Part shown: positions 8,214-17,842 of the stretch, piece by piece | How the letters are laid out: every line of letters begins with the position of its first letter | How positions within the stretch are numbered: position 1 is the stretch's first letter | Assembly: GCA_028284265.1 (NCBI GenBank) | Contig: JANQRZ010000024.1 | Coordinates: 192,132-256,131 of the forward strand | From: Rhodothermales bacterium | Lineage (GTDB): Bacteria > Bacteroidota > Rhodothermia > Rhodothermales > JANQRZ01 | Length of the DNA: 64,000 nt | Reading direction: 5' to 3' | Translations under genes and position numbers: made by a program | The notes under the pieces: model-generated | Database searches by the model: none | What the model was told of the DNA's origin: nothing | The model's input: the letters and a program-made list of their open reading frames with translations, nothing else

Positions 8214-9236
8214 TTAGCTGTATTTCAGTGTGCCTTGTGAGTCCCACAGACCCCAGAAGGCTCCCACATCGCCCTCCGCGCCCGTTTTCCAGGCTTCGTC
8301 GAAGGCCGCGAAGTAGAAGATCTCGACGCCGTCTTCATCGGCCCACTGATAGGTGCGGATGAAGTACTCCAGCGCGTTGTCGTAGGATGGCACCGCTGCA
8401 CCAAACGCCGTGCCGGAGGTCGGCCATCCGGTTTCACTGATGATAACTTGCTTACCGTTCGCCACCTTCACCGCGCGGCGGTACATCTCCTTCATGTAGA
8501 GTAGGGCATACTCAGCCGGACAGCTTTCCCAGAACGGGTAGCAGTTGACGAGGAGCACATCGACGGCCTCGGCGACAGCCGGGTGCTGCTCGAAGAGGAA
8601 GTAGGCATCGACGAAACTGACGGGAACGCCGTCCGGCACCGCTGCCTTGGCGCGGGCGATATAGTCGAGAAGCTGCCCCTCGGTGAGGTCGCGCCGCAGC
8701 ATGTTCTCATTGCCGACCACGAGGATGTCGGCGTGCCCCGCCTGCGCGATGGCGATGCCATTGGCTAGTTGCTCCTCGTTCTTCTCAGGGTCATCCCCGA
8801 CGTCGATGCCGACCATCGTTTTCAGACCTCGCTCGTGCGCGATGCGTGGGACCTGTTCGTTCCCCTCGATGCAAGAGAAGGTCCTGATCCAGCGCACGTA
8901 GGGTTCGATGATGGCGAGGCGGTCGCGGATCTGTGCCTCGCTGATCTCGATGCCCGGCTTCTGCCCGTCGAGGTAGGGGCTGAAGGCGATACCGTGGATT
9001 TTTTGCTTCAGGATCTTGTGGAAGAGCGCGAGCCGGTCGGCCTGCGTCAGGGTCGAGAGGTCTTTGCCTTTCAGTTCGACCCAAGCCGGGACGTGGTAGC
9101 CACTTGTACGTTCGGAGACGAGACCGCTCGAGCCGGCGGGAGCGGTAGGGACGGTAGGTTCGTTCATCGGGAGGGGGAGCGTTGGCGTGAGCGTAGTCTC
9201 TGCGGTGGGCGCAGAGGGAGCGGAAACTACCGCCAA
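8214..9236 (-). CDS. Glycoside hydrolase family 17-like, second tandem copy
   Basis: VVGNENMLRR and VIISETGWPT motifs. The start is uncertain: 9236, or MNEPT at 9167. No signal peptide seen. Confidence 0.75.
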   Translation of the reverse strand: MAVVSAPSAPTAETTLTPTLPLPMNEPTVPTAPAGSSGLVSERTSGYHVPAWVELKGKDLSTLTQADRLALFHKILKQKIHGIAFSPYLDGQKPGIEISEAQIRDRLAIIEPYVRWIRTFSCIEGNEQVPRIAHERGLKTMVGIDVGDDPEKNEEQLANGIAIAQAGHADILVVGNENMLRRDLTEGQLLDYIARAKAAVPDGVPVSFVDAYFLFEQHPAVAEAVDVLLVNCYPFWESCPAEYALLYMKEMYRRAVKVANGKQVIISETGWPTSGTAFGAAVPSYDNALEYFIRTYQWADEDGVEIFYFAAFDEAWKTGAEGDVGAFWGLWDSQGTLKYS

Positions 9237-9311
9237 CAGGGGCTTATGCCAAAGTCGATTCCCCTTCGCAACGTGGTGGACGGTCCAGCCTCTCGGCCTT
9301 TCGGCACATGG

Positions 9312-9620
9312 CTAGGGGTGCGTCTTGCGCGTCATTAGATAGAACAGGGGACCGAACGACCCGGCCACGAGCGTGAGGCCGATCCACGGCCACGGGTTTC
9401 GCCCGAGCTGTTGCGCGTCCCGCCAGAGCCACACCCACACCAGCACGAGCGCGATCACGAGGTCGAGCAGCACCTGCACACCAGCCCACGTCTCCAACTG
9501 GTAGCCGAAGATGCCAACGAAGCCGTGATCCCGAACGGCTAGCACCGTAGGCACGGCGAGCGCAGCGGTCAGCATGATGAGAAGCGTCCGTTGCATTGGG
9601 GAGATGGTAGAGGAAGCCAT
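9312..9620 (-). CDS. Small integral membrane protein (DUF2834-like, tentative)
   Basis: 102 aa with three hydrophobic segments. LLDLVIALVLVWVWLWRDAQQLGRNPWPWIGLTLVAGSFGPLFYL matches my recollection of the DUF2834 pattern. Confidence 0.55.
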   Translation of the reverse strand: MASSTISPMQRTLLIMLTAALAVPTVLAVRDHGFVGIFGYQLETWAGVQVLLDLVIALVLVWVWLWRDAQQLGRNPWPWIGLTLVAGSFGPLFYLMTRKTHP

Positions 9621-9656
9621 GAGTAGCCAAGGTTGAGGAGTAGGGAGCGAGAAGGG

Positions 9657-10118
9657 CTATGCTCTTGGCGGGCGGGCCGGACGCCACAGCGGCCCGACGG
9701 CCAAGAGCAGCACGAGAACGTTGAAGCCTGCGTTCGATGCGTTCCCGGAAGCGATGGACCCGGCACTGTCCAGCACGAACCACGACAGGAGGCCGAACAG
9801 GACCGTCCGGCGCACGGCCTCGGGCGCGTGGTCGTAGACCCACACCGAGAGCAGCCAGATGGTGACGCCCCAGCCGAGGAGGAAGCCACCCGTGAGCGCC
9901 GACAAGAATCGGATGCCGGGAGCTTCATAGCTCGGCATTCCGTCGATGGGCCAACTCAGGATGTCGAGCGTCAGGCGGGCCGGCTCGGCGGTGGCGAGCA
10001 TGGTTCCGAGGAAAGCGATAGGGCCGAACGACCCAACGACGATGGCCGTGACCTTGAGCCAGAATCGGTGGAACTCGTGAGACATCATGGCAGCGAGAGG
10101 TTGAACGAGCGTTGGCAT
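9657..10118 (-). CDS. Integral membrane protein, function unknown
   Basis: 153 aa with four hydrophobic helices. Same strand as, and adjacent to, 9312..9620. Confidence 0.55.
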   Translation of the reverse strand: MPTLVQPLAAMMSHEFHRFWLKVTAIVVGSFGPIAFLGTMLATAEPARLTLDILSWPIDGMPSYEAPGIRFLSALTGGFLLGWGVTIWLLSVWVYDHAPEAVRRTVLFGLLSWFVLDSAGSIASGNASNAGFNVLVLLLAVGPLWRPARPPRA

Positions 10119-10192
10119 GGCATGATAGAGGAACCGGAGAGTGGTATCAATTACTTCGGAGGTAATAGATCAGGCTATGCGGCAAGTCTATC

Positions 10193-10984
10193 TTGTGTGC
10201 CATGAGCACCTTCGGAACCTTTCTTCAGGAGTGGCGCAGGACGCGCCGATTCAGCCAGCTTCAGTTGGCTGCCGAAGCCGACGTGTCGGCACGCCATGTC
10301 TCGTTCTTGGAGACCGGACGTGCCCGCCCAAGCCGCGAGATGGTCGAGCGCTTGGGCGAGGCGCTGGGCCTCCCGCTCGTCGCCCGAAACCAACTACTGA
10401 CCCACGCAGGATTCGCTGCACGCTATCCCGGCTACCGGTGGGAAGCCGATGAGATGGCCCCGATCCGGGCCGCCGTGACCTATACCCTTGACCGGCACGC
10501 ACCCTATCCAGCACTCGCCCTCGACCGGCTCTGGACCGTCATCCGCATGAACGATCCAGCCAAGGCGCTCTACGGCCAGCTAGGCGTCGGCGAAGGCGAC
10601 AGCCTCCTTGACCTCATGGCCTCCGCCGTACTCCCAGAGCTCATCGAGAACTGGCCGCAGGTCGCGCACCACGCCGCACACCAACTCTGGAACGAGAGCG
10701 CCTCGCAAGGTGGGGTCCCGGAACTCGACCGCGTCGCCGACGAGCTTGCGCGGAGCGCCGGGCGGCCCGAGGCCGATATCGGCCCCGTCACGCCGACGGT
10801 GTACCGGTACGGGGATGCCCGCTTGTCGTTGTTCGCCACGATGTCGCACTTCAGCACGCCGAGGGACGTCATGCTGGAGGACTTCAAGCTGGAACTGTAT
10901 TTCCCGGCGGACGATGCGACGGATGCCGCCCTGCGTGCCCTTGCCGAGCAGCACACAGAGAAGAAGCGGGCCAACAGCGATTGA
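10193..10984 (+). CDS. XRE-family HTH regulator with an MmyB-like C-terminal domain
   Basis: FLQEWRRTRRFSQLQLAAEADVSARHVSFLETGRARPS is an HTH of the MmyB type, followed by an extension of about 180 aa. An alternative start is the Met at 10202. Confidence 0.8.
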   Translation: MCAMSTFGTFLQEWRRTRRFSQLQLAAEADVSARHVSFLETGRARPSREMVERLGEALGLPLVARNQLLTHAGFAARYPGYRWEADEMAPIRAAVTYTLDRHAPYPALALDRLWTVIRMNDPAKALYGQLGVGEGDSLLDLMASAVLPELIENWPQVAHHAAHQLWNESASQGGVPELDRVADELARSAGRPEADIGPVTPTVYRYGDARLSLFATMSHFSTPRDVMLEDFKLELYFPADDATDAALRALAEQHTEKKRANSD

Positions 10985-10988
10985 GCGA

Positions 10989-11306
10989 CTATGCCTCGGG
11001 TCCGGCTTCTGCGCGGAAGGCAGAGCAGAGGATGTAGTGCGTGCCGCGAATGTCAGTCTTGGTCACCGTGAGCAGGCCCATCTTAAGCAGCTTGTTGGCC
11101 GCGTGCGGCGTGCAGGGCTGGAGCGGCATCCCCAGCTTGTAGAACTGGAAGACCTTGCCGCTCTCGCTCTGGACCAGCGTGAACCCGTCGCGGAGTTTGG
11201 CGAGGGCGAAGTTGGCCCACTGCCCCTTCGAGATGCTGGGGTGGGCGCGGGATGGCGAGTCGGCGGAATCCGCAGCAGACGAGGAGGCAGCGTCGAACAG
11301 GCTCAT
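10989..11306 (-). CDS. Hypothetical protein
   Basis: The ORF runs to 11417; the Met at 11306 (MSLFDAASS...) is preferred. No recognisable motif. Called on coding appearance only. Confidence 0.35.
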   Translation of the reverse strand: MSLFDAASSSAADSADSPSRAHPSISKGQWANFALAKLRDGFTLVQSESGKVFQFYKLGMPLQPCTPHAANKLLKMGLLTVTKTDIRGTHYILCSAFRAEAGPEA

Positions 11307-11614
11307 GGCGATAGACCGAAGCGGCCAGCAAGAGGAGGGGACCGACGAGCGAGCGCCGGGTAGAAAACGGCGCTCAAAGCACACGAACCGGTCGGAAGTT
11401 TCCGACTCCGTCGACAAAATTTTTCACCGGGGCCTACGGGGAATCAGAAGCCTGTGAATTGACCGGATATCCGGGGGCGTCGTCTTCCGTCAGGCAAGGC
11501 GACGGCGGTAGTTTAGACCACGCATGGAACCGCTTCCGAATCCGGCGGAGACGGTGCCGTGTATATTCCTCCAGAAGCTTCTCTGCCCCCTGTCCCTGTT
11601 TGCCGAGCCTACGC

Positions 11615-13741
11615 ATGTCTACGAAGACGCAGCCGAAGAAAACCAGCAAAAAAACCACCTCCAACGGGCGGTCCGCCGCCAAGAACGGCAAAGCAGCACT
11701 CGCCGCGTATGAGGGCGATCTCGACGTGACGCCAGTCGGGCCGGAGGACTTCGAGCCAGAGGTGCTGAAGCAGGCGCTCCGCACGATGATGCTCTCGCGG
11801 CGGCTCGACGACAAGATGCTGACGCTGCTCAAGCAGGGGAAGGGCTTCTTCCACATTGGTGCGAGCGGGCACGAGGCCGCGCAGGTCGCCCTCGGGATGC
11901 ACCTTCAAGGTGGCCACGACTGGTTCTGCATGTACTACCGCGACCTCGCGATGACGCTCGCGCTTGGCATGACGGCGCGGGACACGATGCTCGCCCACAT
12001 GGCGAAGGCCGATGACGTGAACTCCGGCGGGCGGCAGATGTCCGAGCACTTCGGCAACCGCGACCTCAATATCATGACGACCTCGTCATCGGTCGGGGCG
12101 CAGTACATGCCGGGCGTCGGGTTCGCCCTCGCCTCGCAGCGCCGCGGCGATGACGCAATCACCTACATCTCATCGGGTGACGGGGCGACGAGTCAGGGCG
12201 CGTTCCACGAGGCGCTCAACTGGAGCGCCCGCGCTGGAGCGCCCGCGCTCTTCCACGTCCAGGACAACAAGTACGCGATCTCCGTCCCCATCGCCGAGCA
12301 GACGGCAGGCGCAAACATCCACAACATCACCGCTGGGTACCACGGCCTCGCCCGCGCCAGCTACGACGCGACAGACTTCTTCACCGCGTGGGCCGTCGGC
12401 AAAGCCGCGACCGAGCACATCCGCGCAGGCAACGGCCCCGTTGCCCTCGTCGCCGATGTGGTCCGGCTGCTCCCGCACTCGTCGTCCGACAGTCACGACA
12501 AGTACCGCGACACGGAGGGCCTCGAAAAAGACAAGCAGCGCGATCCCATCGCCAAGCTCTCGGCGCGTCTCGTCGAAGCGGGTGTCATGACCGAGGACGA
12601 GGTTGAGGCGCTGCGTAAGGAGGTGCAGGCCGAGGTCGACGAGGCTGCTGTCTGGGCCGCCGAGCAGGCCGACCCCGATCCGTCCACGGCGCTCACGCAC
12701 ATATACGACGAGAACCCGCCGGAGTTGGCCTACGAGGCCACCGAGCCGAGCGGCGAACTCATCGTGATGGTAGATGCCATCAACCACGCGCTCGACGAAG
12801 AGATGACCCGCGATGAGAAGGTGCTCGTCTACGGTGAGGACGTGGGCGGCGGCAAGGGCGGCGTCTTCACCGCCACGCGCGGCCTGACCGCGAAGCACGG
12901 TGCCGACCGCTGCTTCAACTCGCCCCTCGCCGAGCACTCCATCGTCGGAAGCGCAGTCGGGCTGGCGGCGGCGGGCTACAAGCCGGTCGTTGAGATCCAG
13001 TTCGCGGACTACATCTGGCCCGCGATGCAGGCGATCCGCAACCAGTTGGCCCCGTTCCGCTACCGCTCGAACAACGCATGGGAAGCGCCGGTCGTGATCC
13101 GCGTCCCCTGCGGCGGCTACATCCACGGCGGCCTCTGCCACAGCCAGAACGTCGAGTCGATATTCGCACACTTCCCCGGCCTCAAGGTGGCGATGCCGTC
13201 GAACGCCGCCGATGCGAAGGGGCTGCTCAAAACGGCTATCCGGCTCAACGATCCCGTCATCTTTCTGGAGCACAAGTCGCTCTATCGCCAAGGTCCGGCG
13301 CGCAGCCCCGAGCCGGACGCCGAGTACCTCGTGCCGTTCGGCCAAGCGCGCACCGTCCGCGAAGGCACCGACCTCACCATCGTCACCTATGGCGCGATGG
13401 TCTACAAGGCCATCAACGCGGCGAAGGCACTGGAGAAAGAGGGCGCGAGCGTTGAGGTGATCGACATCCGCACGATGATGCCGCTCGACATGGAGACGAT
13501 CCTCGGCTCTGTCGTCAAGACCAATCGGGCGATGGTGCTTTACGAGGACCACGAGTTCGTCGGGTTCGGCTCCGAGATCGCAGCGCAGATCGCCGACAAG
13601 ACGTTCGAGCACCTCGATGCGCCGGTCAAGCGCGTCGCCGGAGCGTTCACCTACATCCCGTTCGCCGACCCACTGGAGCGCGCCGTGCTTCCGCAGGACG
13701 ACGATGTGATCGAGGGCGCGCGCGCCGTGCTCGGCTACTAA
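11615..13741 (+). CDS. 2-oxoacid dehydrogenase E1 component, fused alpha and beta subunits
   Basis: Internal Met: MSTKTQPKK.... The alpha part carries the TPP motif (YISSGDGATSQGAFHEALN). The beta part carries VYGEDVG..GGVF and a transketolase-like C-terminal domain. The 52-codon upstream ORF extension is rejected. Confidence 0.88.
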   Translation: MSTKTQPKKTSKKTTSNGRSAAKNGKAALAAYEGDLDVTPVGPEDFEPEVLKQALRTMMLSRRLDDKMLTLLKQGKGFFHIGASGHEAAQVALGMHLQGGHDWFCMYYRDLAMTLALGMTARDTMLAHMAKADDVNSGGRQMSEHFGNRDLNIMTTSSSVGAQYMPGVGFALASQRRGDDAITYISSGDGATSQGAFHEALNWSARAGAPALFHVQDNKYAISVPIAEQTAGANIHNITAGYHGLARASYDATDFFTAWAVGKAATEHIRAGNGPVALVADVVRLLPHSSSDSHDKYRDTEGLEKDKQRDPIAKLSARLVEAGVMTEDEVEALRKEVQAEVDEAAVWAAEQADPDPSTALTHIYDENPPELAYEATEPSGELIVMVDAINHALDEEMTRDEKVLVYGEDVGGGKGGVFTATRGLTAKHGADRCFNSPLAEHSIVGSAVGLAAAGYKPVVEIQFADYIWPAMQAIRNQLAPFRYRSNNAWEAPVVIRVPCGGYIHGGLCHSQNVESIFAHFPGLKVAMPSNAADAKGLLKTAIRLNDPVIFLEHKSLYRQGPARSPEPDAEYLVPFGQARTVREGTDLTIVTYGAMVYKAINAAKALEKEGASVEVIDIRTMMPLDMETILGSVVKTNRAMVLYEDHEFVGFGSEIAAQIADKTFEHLDAPVKRVAGAFTYIPFADPLERAVLPQDDDVIEGARAVLGY

Positions 13742-13752
13742 GGCGGTCCACC

Positions 13753-14454
13753 ATGCCGAAACTCCTTGCACTTCTCGCGTTGCTCGTTCTCGCCCTTCCG
13801 GCGCAAGCGCAGCTCGCGTTTACGACGCCTACCCATGACTTCGGGAAGGTACAGGAAGGCGAGGTGCCGACCTACACGTTCGTGTTCTCGAACGATGGCG
13901 ACGAAGCGCTCACGCTGCGAGACGTCAATCCGGCCTGCGGTTGCACGACGCCCTCGTTCACGACCGAGGCTATCGCGCCGGGTGGGACGGGCGAGATCGT
14001 GGTCGTCTACAACTCGGAGGACCGCCCCGGACCGTTCCGTAAGTCGATCCGTGTCACGGCGACGATGGGCGACGAGACGCTCACCGAGACGCTCTACATT
14101 ACCGGCAAGGTGCAGCGCGACGTGCTCACCGAAGGCGTCGCGGAGGGAAACCTGCTCTTCGATACCGATGCGTTCGATCTCGGTCCGGTGCCGACGGACC
14201 AGCAGACGACGCACGTCTTCAAGATGCAGCACATCGGCACGCGGCCCATCCGCATCACTGAGGCGAAGAGCGTCCCCGAGGGACTGCGGGTCGTCTACCC
14301 GAACACGCCAGTCTTCGCGGGTGACCTCGTCCCGCTTCGCGTGACGCTCCGCGCCGGAGCCGAGGAGGGCGACTTTGATTACGCCATCGTCCTCACCACC
14401 GACGACGAAGCACAGCCAACGAAGTCGCTCCGGCTGACCGGAACAGTGCAGTAG
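13753..14454 (+). CDS. DUF1573 domain-containing secreted protein (two repeats)
   Basis: Signal peptide MPKLLALLALLVLALPAQAQ. HDFGKVQEGEV...NDGDEALTLRDVNPACGCTTP is the DUF1573 signature. Confidence 0.8.
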   Translation: MPKLLALLALLVLALPAQAQLAFTTPTHDFGKVQEGEVPTYTFVFSNDGDEALTLRDVNPACGCTTPSFTTEAIAPGGTGEIVVVYNSEDRPGPFRKSIRVTATMGDETLTETLYITGKVQRDVLTEGVAEGNLLFDTDAFDLGPVPTDQQTTHVFKMQHIGTRPIRITEAKSVPEGLRVVYPNTPVFAGDLVPLRVTLRAGAEEGDFDYAIVLTTDDEAQPTKSLRLTGTVQ

Positions 14455-14527
14455 CGATTGTTACCCGCGCGTGAGAACGCAGGGCAGGGGCAGTGGTATC
14501 ATGCCGCCGACCTACCATCTGCCGCCC

Positions 14528-15388
14528 ATGCTAAAACTCTCGCTTCTCCCGCTCGTGTTTGCCCTTATCGCTTGCGCCGAGCCGTCAGGCTCGCCACCCG
14601 CGCAAACGCCGACGAAGGTCACGTCGGTTGAGGCGCATGCGGTGGCCTATGAGGACGACTGGACGGCCATTCTTCAGCAAGCCGTCACCGCCGAGGGTCT
14701 TGTCCGCTACGGGCAGATCAACGGTCCGCTGGCGGCCACGTTCGACGGCGTGGTGGCTGCCATCGAGACGTTCGATACAGGCATACTCGGTACCAATGCC
14801 GAGAAGCTAGCGTTCTGGATGAACGCCTACAACGTGATGCTCGTCAAGCGAGCAATCGCGGCAGGCACGCCAGCGAGCATCGAGGCGCATGGCTTTGACT
14901 TTTTCTTCAAGACGCCGGTGACGGTGGCGGGGATGGAGGTGACGCTCGATCAGATCGAGAACGTGATCCTCCGGCGGGGCGATGGTCCGGCGGACCTCAA
15001 AGCGTTGCAGCCGGACCAGCTCGATCCACGCCTCCATGTCGGGCTGAACTGCGGGGCTGTCTCGTGCCCGCGCCTGCGTACCAAGGCTTTCATCGTTGCC
15101 AACGTGGATGCCGAGTTGGATGCTGCCATGCGCGACTTCGTCAACGGCTCGCAGCATTTCCGGGTCGAAGGCGAGACCGTCGTGCTTTCCAGCTTGCTCG
15201 ACTGGTTCGCCGCCGACTGGGACGCGACGGGCCAGCCAGCGGGCGACTACTTGCTCGGCTATCTCGACGCAGACCGACCGGGCGCGTCGACGTTGCGAGG
15301 CCTATTCGAGGGGCGCTTCGCTGCTGAGATCAAGGCGCAGCCGAGCGTCCGGTTTGAGTATCGCTGGGACCTCAACGCTGCCGGGTAA
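14528..15388 (+). CDS. DUF547 domain-containing lipoprotein
   Basis: MLKLSLLPLVFALIACAEP has a lipobox. LAFWMNAYNVMLV and LNCGAVSCPRL are DUF547 motifs. Confidence 0.8.
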   Translation: MLKLSLLPLVFALIACAEPSGSPPAQTPTKVTSVEAHAVAYEDDWTAILQQAVTAEGLVRYGQINGPLAATFDGVVAAIETFDTGILGTNAEKLAFWMNAYNVMLVKRAIAAGTPASIEAHGFDFFFKTPVTVAGMEVTLDQIENVILRRGDGPADLKALQPDQLDPRLHVGLNCGAVSCPRLRTKAFIVANVDAELDAAMRDFVNGSQHFRVEGETVVLSSLLDWFAADWDATGQPAGDYLLGYLDADRPGASTLRGLFEGRFAAEIKAQPSVRFEYRWDLNAAG

Positions 15389-15392
15389 CGCT

Positions 15393-16343
15393 ATGCCGAA
15401 TCGGATCATCGTACTGCTGGCTCTCGTCTTCGCTCCAGTCCTCGCGCACGCGCAGGCGTGGACGCAGGAGCCGGGGCAGGTTTATCTCAAAGTCACGCAG
15501 GGCTTCGCCAATGCCTCCGAGCGCTACGACGCGAACGGTGACGTGGTCCCCTACGACCCGAACACCGAGGGTACGCCGTTCCGCGACCGCAGCCGGTATC
15601 TCTATGGCGAGGTCGGCCTCGCGCCGAGCCTTACGCTTTTCGGCACGCTGCCATACAAGCGCCTCTTCGTCCGCGACGGCAGCTTCGACACGCCGGTCGA
15701 GCGGCGGGCCTCCGACCTTGGCTCGGCAATGCTCGGGTTGAGGGTGGGGCTGACCGAAGCCGTCGGGTGGAATGAAAGCCCGAACGCGCTGGCGATGAAC
15801 GTTGCGCTCACGGTGCCGCTCGGCTACCGGCGCAACGTCGCGCCGACGGTGGGGCCGGGGCAGGTGGACGCGCAGTTCGTGCTCGCCTACGGCCGGAGCT
15901 TCTGGCCGCTTCCGGCCTACGGACAGGCAGCCATCGGCTATCGCCATCGCAGCTCGGTCTTTGACCTGTCGCGCATCGTCGAATGCCCGGCCTCGCAGCC
16001 CGACGATGCCGAAGAGGTGTGTCTCAACGACGGTGGGGCGGAGGTCGACTATAGCGATGAGCTATTGCTCTCCCTCGAAGCAGGCTATACGCTCTTCGGT
16101 CGATTGCTCGTACAGGGCTTGTTCGACGTGGCGTGGTCGGTGAAGGCACCGGAGACGATTGAGACGGCGGCGGACGTGCAGCCGGAGGCGTTCCCGCAGC
16201 AGCGCTTCGTGCGCACGGGTCTCGGCGCGACGGTTAACCTCTTCGGCGAGACGGGGTTGAGTGTGCAGGCGTTCACCGCACCCTATGCCCGCAACGCACT
16301 TCGGGCCGTTGAGGTGTTCGTCGGGATCGAGACGAGGTGGTAG
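15393..16343 (+). CDS. Putative outer-membrane beta-barrel protein
   Basis: Signal peptide MPNRIIVLLALVFAPVLAHAQA, alternating amphipathic strands, and a C-terminal aromatic residue (...GIETRW). Confidence 0.6.
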   Translation: MPNRIIVLLALVFAPVLAHAQAWTQEPGQVYLKVTQGFANASERYDANGDVVPYDPNTEGTPFRDRSRYLYGEVGLAPSLTLFGTLPYKRLFVRDGSFDTPVERRASDLGSAMLGLRVGLTEAVGWNESPNALAMNVALTVPLGYRRNVAPTVGPGQVDAQFVLAYGRSFWPLPAYGQAAIGYRHRSSVFDLSRIVECPASQPDDAEEVCLNDGGAEVDYSDELLLSLEAGYTLFGRLLVQGLFDVAWSVKAPETIETAADVQPEAFPQQRFVRTGLGATVNLFGETGLSVQAFTAPYARNALRAVEVFVGIETRW

Positions 16344-16520
16344 GATATCGGCTGAGTCGGGAATAGTCCTTGCGGAAGGGGGAGAAACCAGTCACCATCC
16401 GGCCTCCCTATGCGCTATTCCTTTACCCCGTTCGACAGCGGATCGACGCTGTTTGCCGCGTTTGGACACGATAAGCAGGGGAGGAGACGGGCGCGGAGAC
16501 ACGAAACCCGAGCGGAAGGA

Positions 16521-16943
16521 ATGTGCAAACGGTGCGCACCCATTGTGCACGCTGTTCGCACGGGTGGTATGGTCGCCGTGCTCGTCTTGCTGGCCGGATG
16601 CCAGAGTCAACAGATCGATGTCCGTCAGTTGGTGGGTCCGAGCGACAAGGTCAGCTTCTCGGAGGACGTCCAGCCGATCCTCACGCGCTCCTGCGGTGGC
16701 TGTCACATCGGCAACCGCACCAGCGGCGTGTCGCTCGACAGCTATCAGCAGGTGACGACCAGCGTCGGCGCACAGTACGGGCGGCGGATCGTGGAGCCGG
16801 AGGGTGGGGTGGTGCCGCTCCTCGACAAGATCGGACCGTCGCCTCAGTTCGGCGACCGGATGCCGCTCGGGCGGTCACCGCTTGCCCCGGACGAGATCGC
16901 CACGATCCAAGCGTGGCTCGACGATGGTGCACCCGACAACTGA
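16521..16943 (+). CDS. Lipoprotein with a c-type haem-binding CxxCH motif (PSCyt1-like domain)
   Basis: ...MVAVLVLLAGCQ lipobox, and DVQPILTRSCGGCHIGN with CxxCH. The start is uncertain: 16521, or the Met at 16569. Confidence 0.6.
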   Translation: MCKRCAPIVHAVRTGGMVAVLVLLAGCQSQQIDVRQLVGPSDKVSFSEDVQPILTRSCGGCHIGNRTSGVSLDSYQQVTTSVGAQYGRRIVEPEGGVVPLLDKIGPSPQFGDRMPLGRSPLAPDEIATIQAWLDDGAPDN

Positions 16944-16989
16944 CCCTTCGCGGACTTGCTCTGCTGAAAAGCCCTGCACGCATGTACCA

Positions 16990-17061
16990 GTCATCCCCGC
17001 GCAGGCGGGGACCCATCGGTTCAGCACGACTTCTGGATCCCGGATCGGGGTCCGGGATGAC
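16990..17061. repeat. Family-A palindromic doublet repeat, copy A2
   Basis: Both arms are identical to A1 (26 nt left, 24 nt right); the central spacer differs. Intergenic, downstream of 16521..16943. Confidence 0.85.
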
Positions 17062-17128
17062 GGAAACCTAAGGCTCTCGACAGGTCGAACCGTGCTCAGA
17101 CTTTCACTACCGCCAACCTGCTTCCGCC

Positions 17129-17668
17129 ATGCGATACGCCTTGCCGTTCTTTCTGCTATTGCTCGTTTCACCACTGCAGGCCCAAGTCTACATGACCGAG
17201 GGCGGGCGCGCCGAGTTCACCTCCAGCGTCCCGCTCCACACCTTCACCGGCACCTCGGATCGATTGGCCGGACGGATTGATCTGGCGGAGGGAACGGTGG
17301 ACTTCTACCTCGACTTGGAGACGCTCGACACCGGCATCGGCAAGCGCGACAAGGATATGCGCGAGACGCTGGAGACCGACCAGTTTCCCTTCGCCGAGTT
17401 CTTCGGTACGCTTGCCACGCCGTTCGATCCGGCGAGTCGGGCGGCCCAGTCGGTGCGGGTGCAGGGTACGTTCAAGCTGCACGGGGTCGAGCGCGAGGTG
17501 GAGATCGAGGGCACGCTTCAGCAGACCGCCGACGGGCTGCGGGTCGAGGCCGCGTGGGACATCAACCTCGACGACTACGACATCGTCCCGCCGCGCCTGC
17601 TGATCGTGAAGGTCGATGAGGTGCAGGCCATCCGCATCGAAGCCACCCTGTCTCCCGAGAACTCATAA
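17129..17668 (+). CDS. YceI family periplasmic protein
   Basis: Signal peptide, then GTVDFYLDLETLDTGIGKRDKDMRE...FPFAEF...GTFKLHGV, the YceI pattern. Confidence 0.85.
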   Translation: MRYALPFFLLLLVSPLQAQVYMTEGGRAEFTSSVPLHTFTGTSDRLAGRIDLAEGTVDFYLDLETLDTGIGKRDKDMRETLETDQFPFAEFFGTLATPFDPASRAAQSVRVQGTFKLHGVEREVEIEGTLQQTADGLRVEAAWDINLDDYDIVPPRLLIVKVDEVQAIRIEATLSPENS

Positions 17669-17703
17669 GCCATGCCGATGCCTTTCGCCCAACAGCCTGA
17701 CCT

Positions 17704-17812
17704 GTCATTGCGAGCGCAGCCTCTCATCTGTGTCACCTCGAACATAGTGAGAGGTCTCCTTCGTTGGAGCATTCTGCGACGTGGGAGATTTCTCGCGTGT
17801 GCTCGAAATGAC
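17704..17812. repeat. Family-B palindromic repeat (GTCATTGCGAG...CTCGAAATGAC), copy B1
   Basis: Termini gtcattgcgagc / gctcgaaatgac are inverted, with an internal inverted pair cctctca/tgagagg. It translates to the spurious ...ARNDEE... extension of ORF 17672..18697. Confidence 0.75.
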
Positions 17813-17842
17813 GAGGAGGAAGGGAAGAGGTATACCTCACCG

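Noticed and set aside
12170-13771. 533-aa ORF on the minus strand
   Set aside because: It is entirely antisense to the well-supported E1 alpha-beta gene. It is Arg/Gly/Asp-rich and low-complexity with no motifs, a typical high-G+C shadow ORF.
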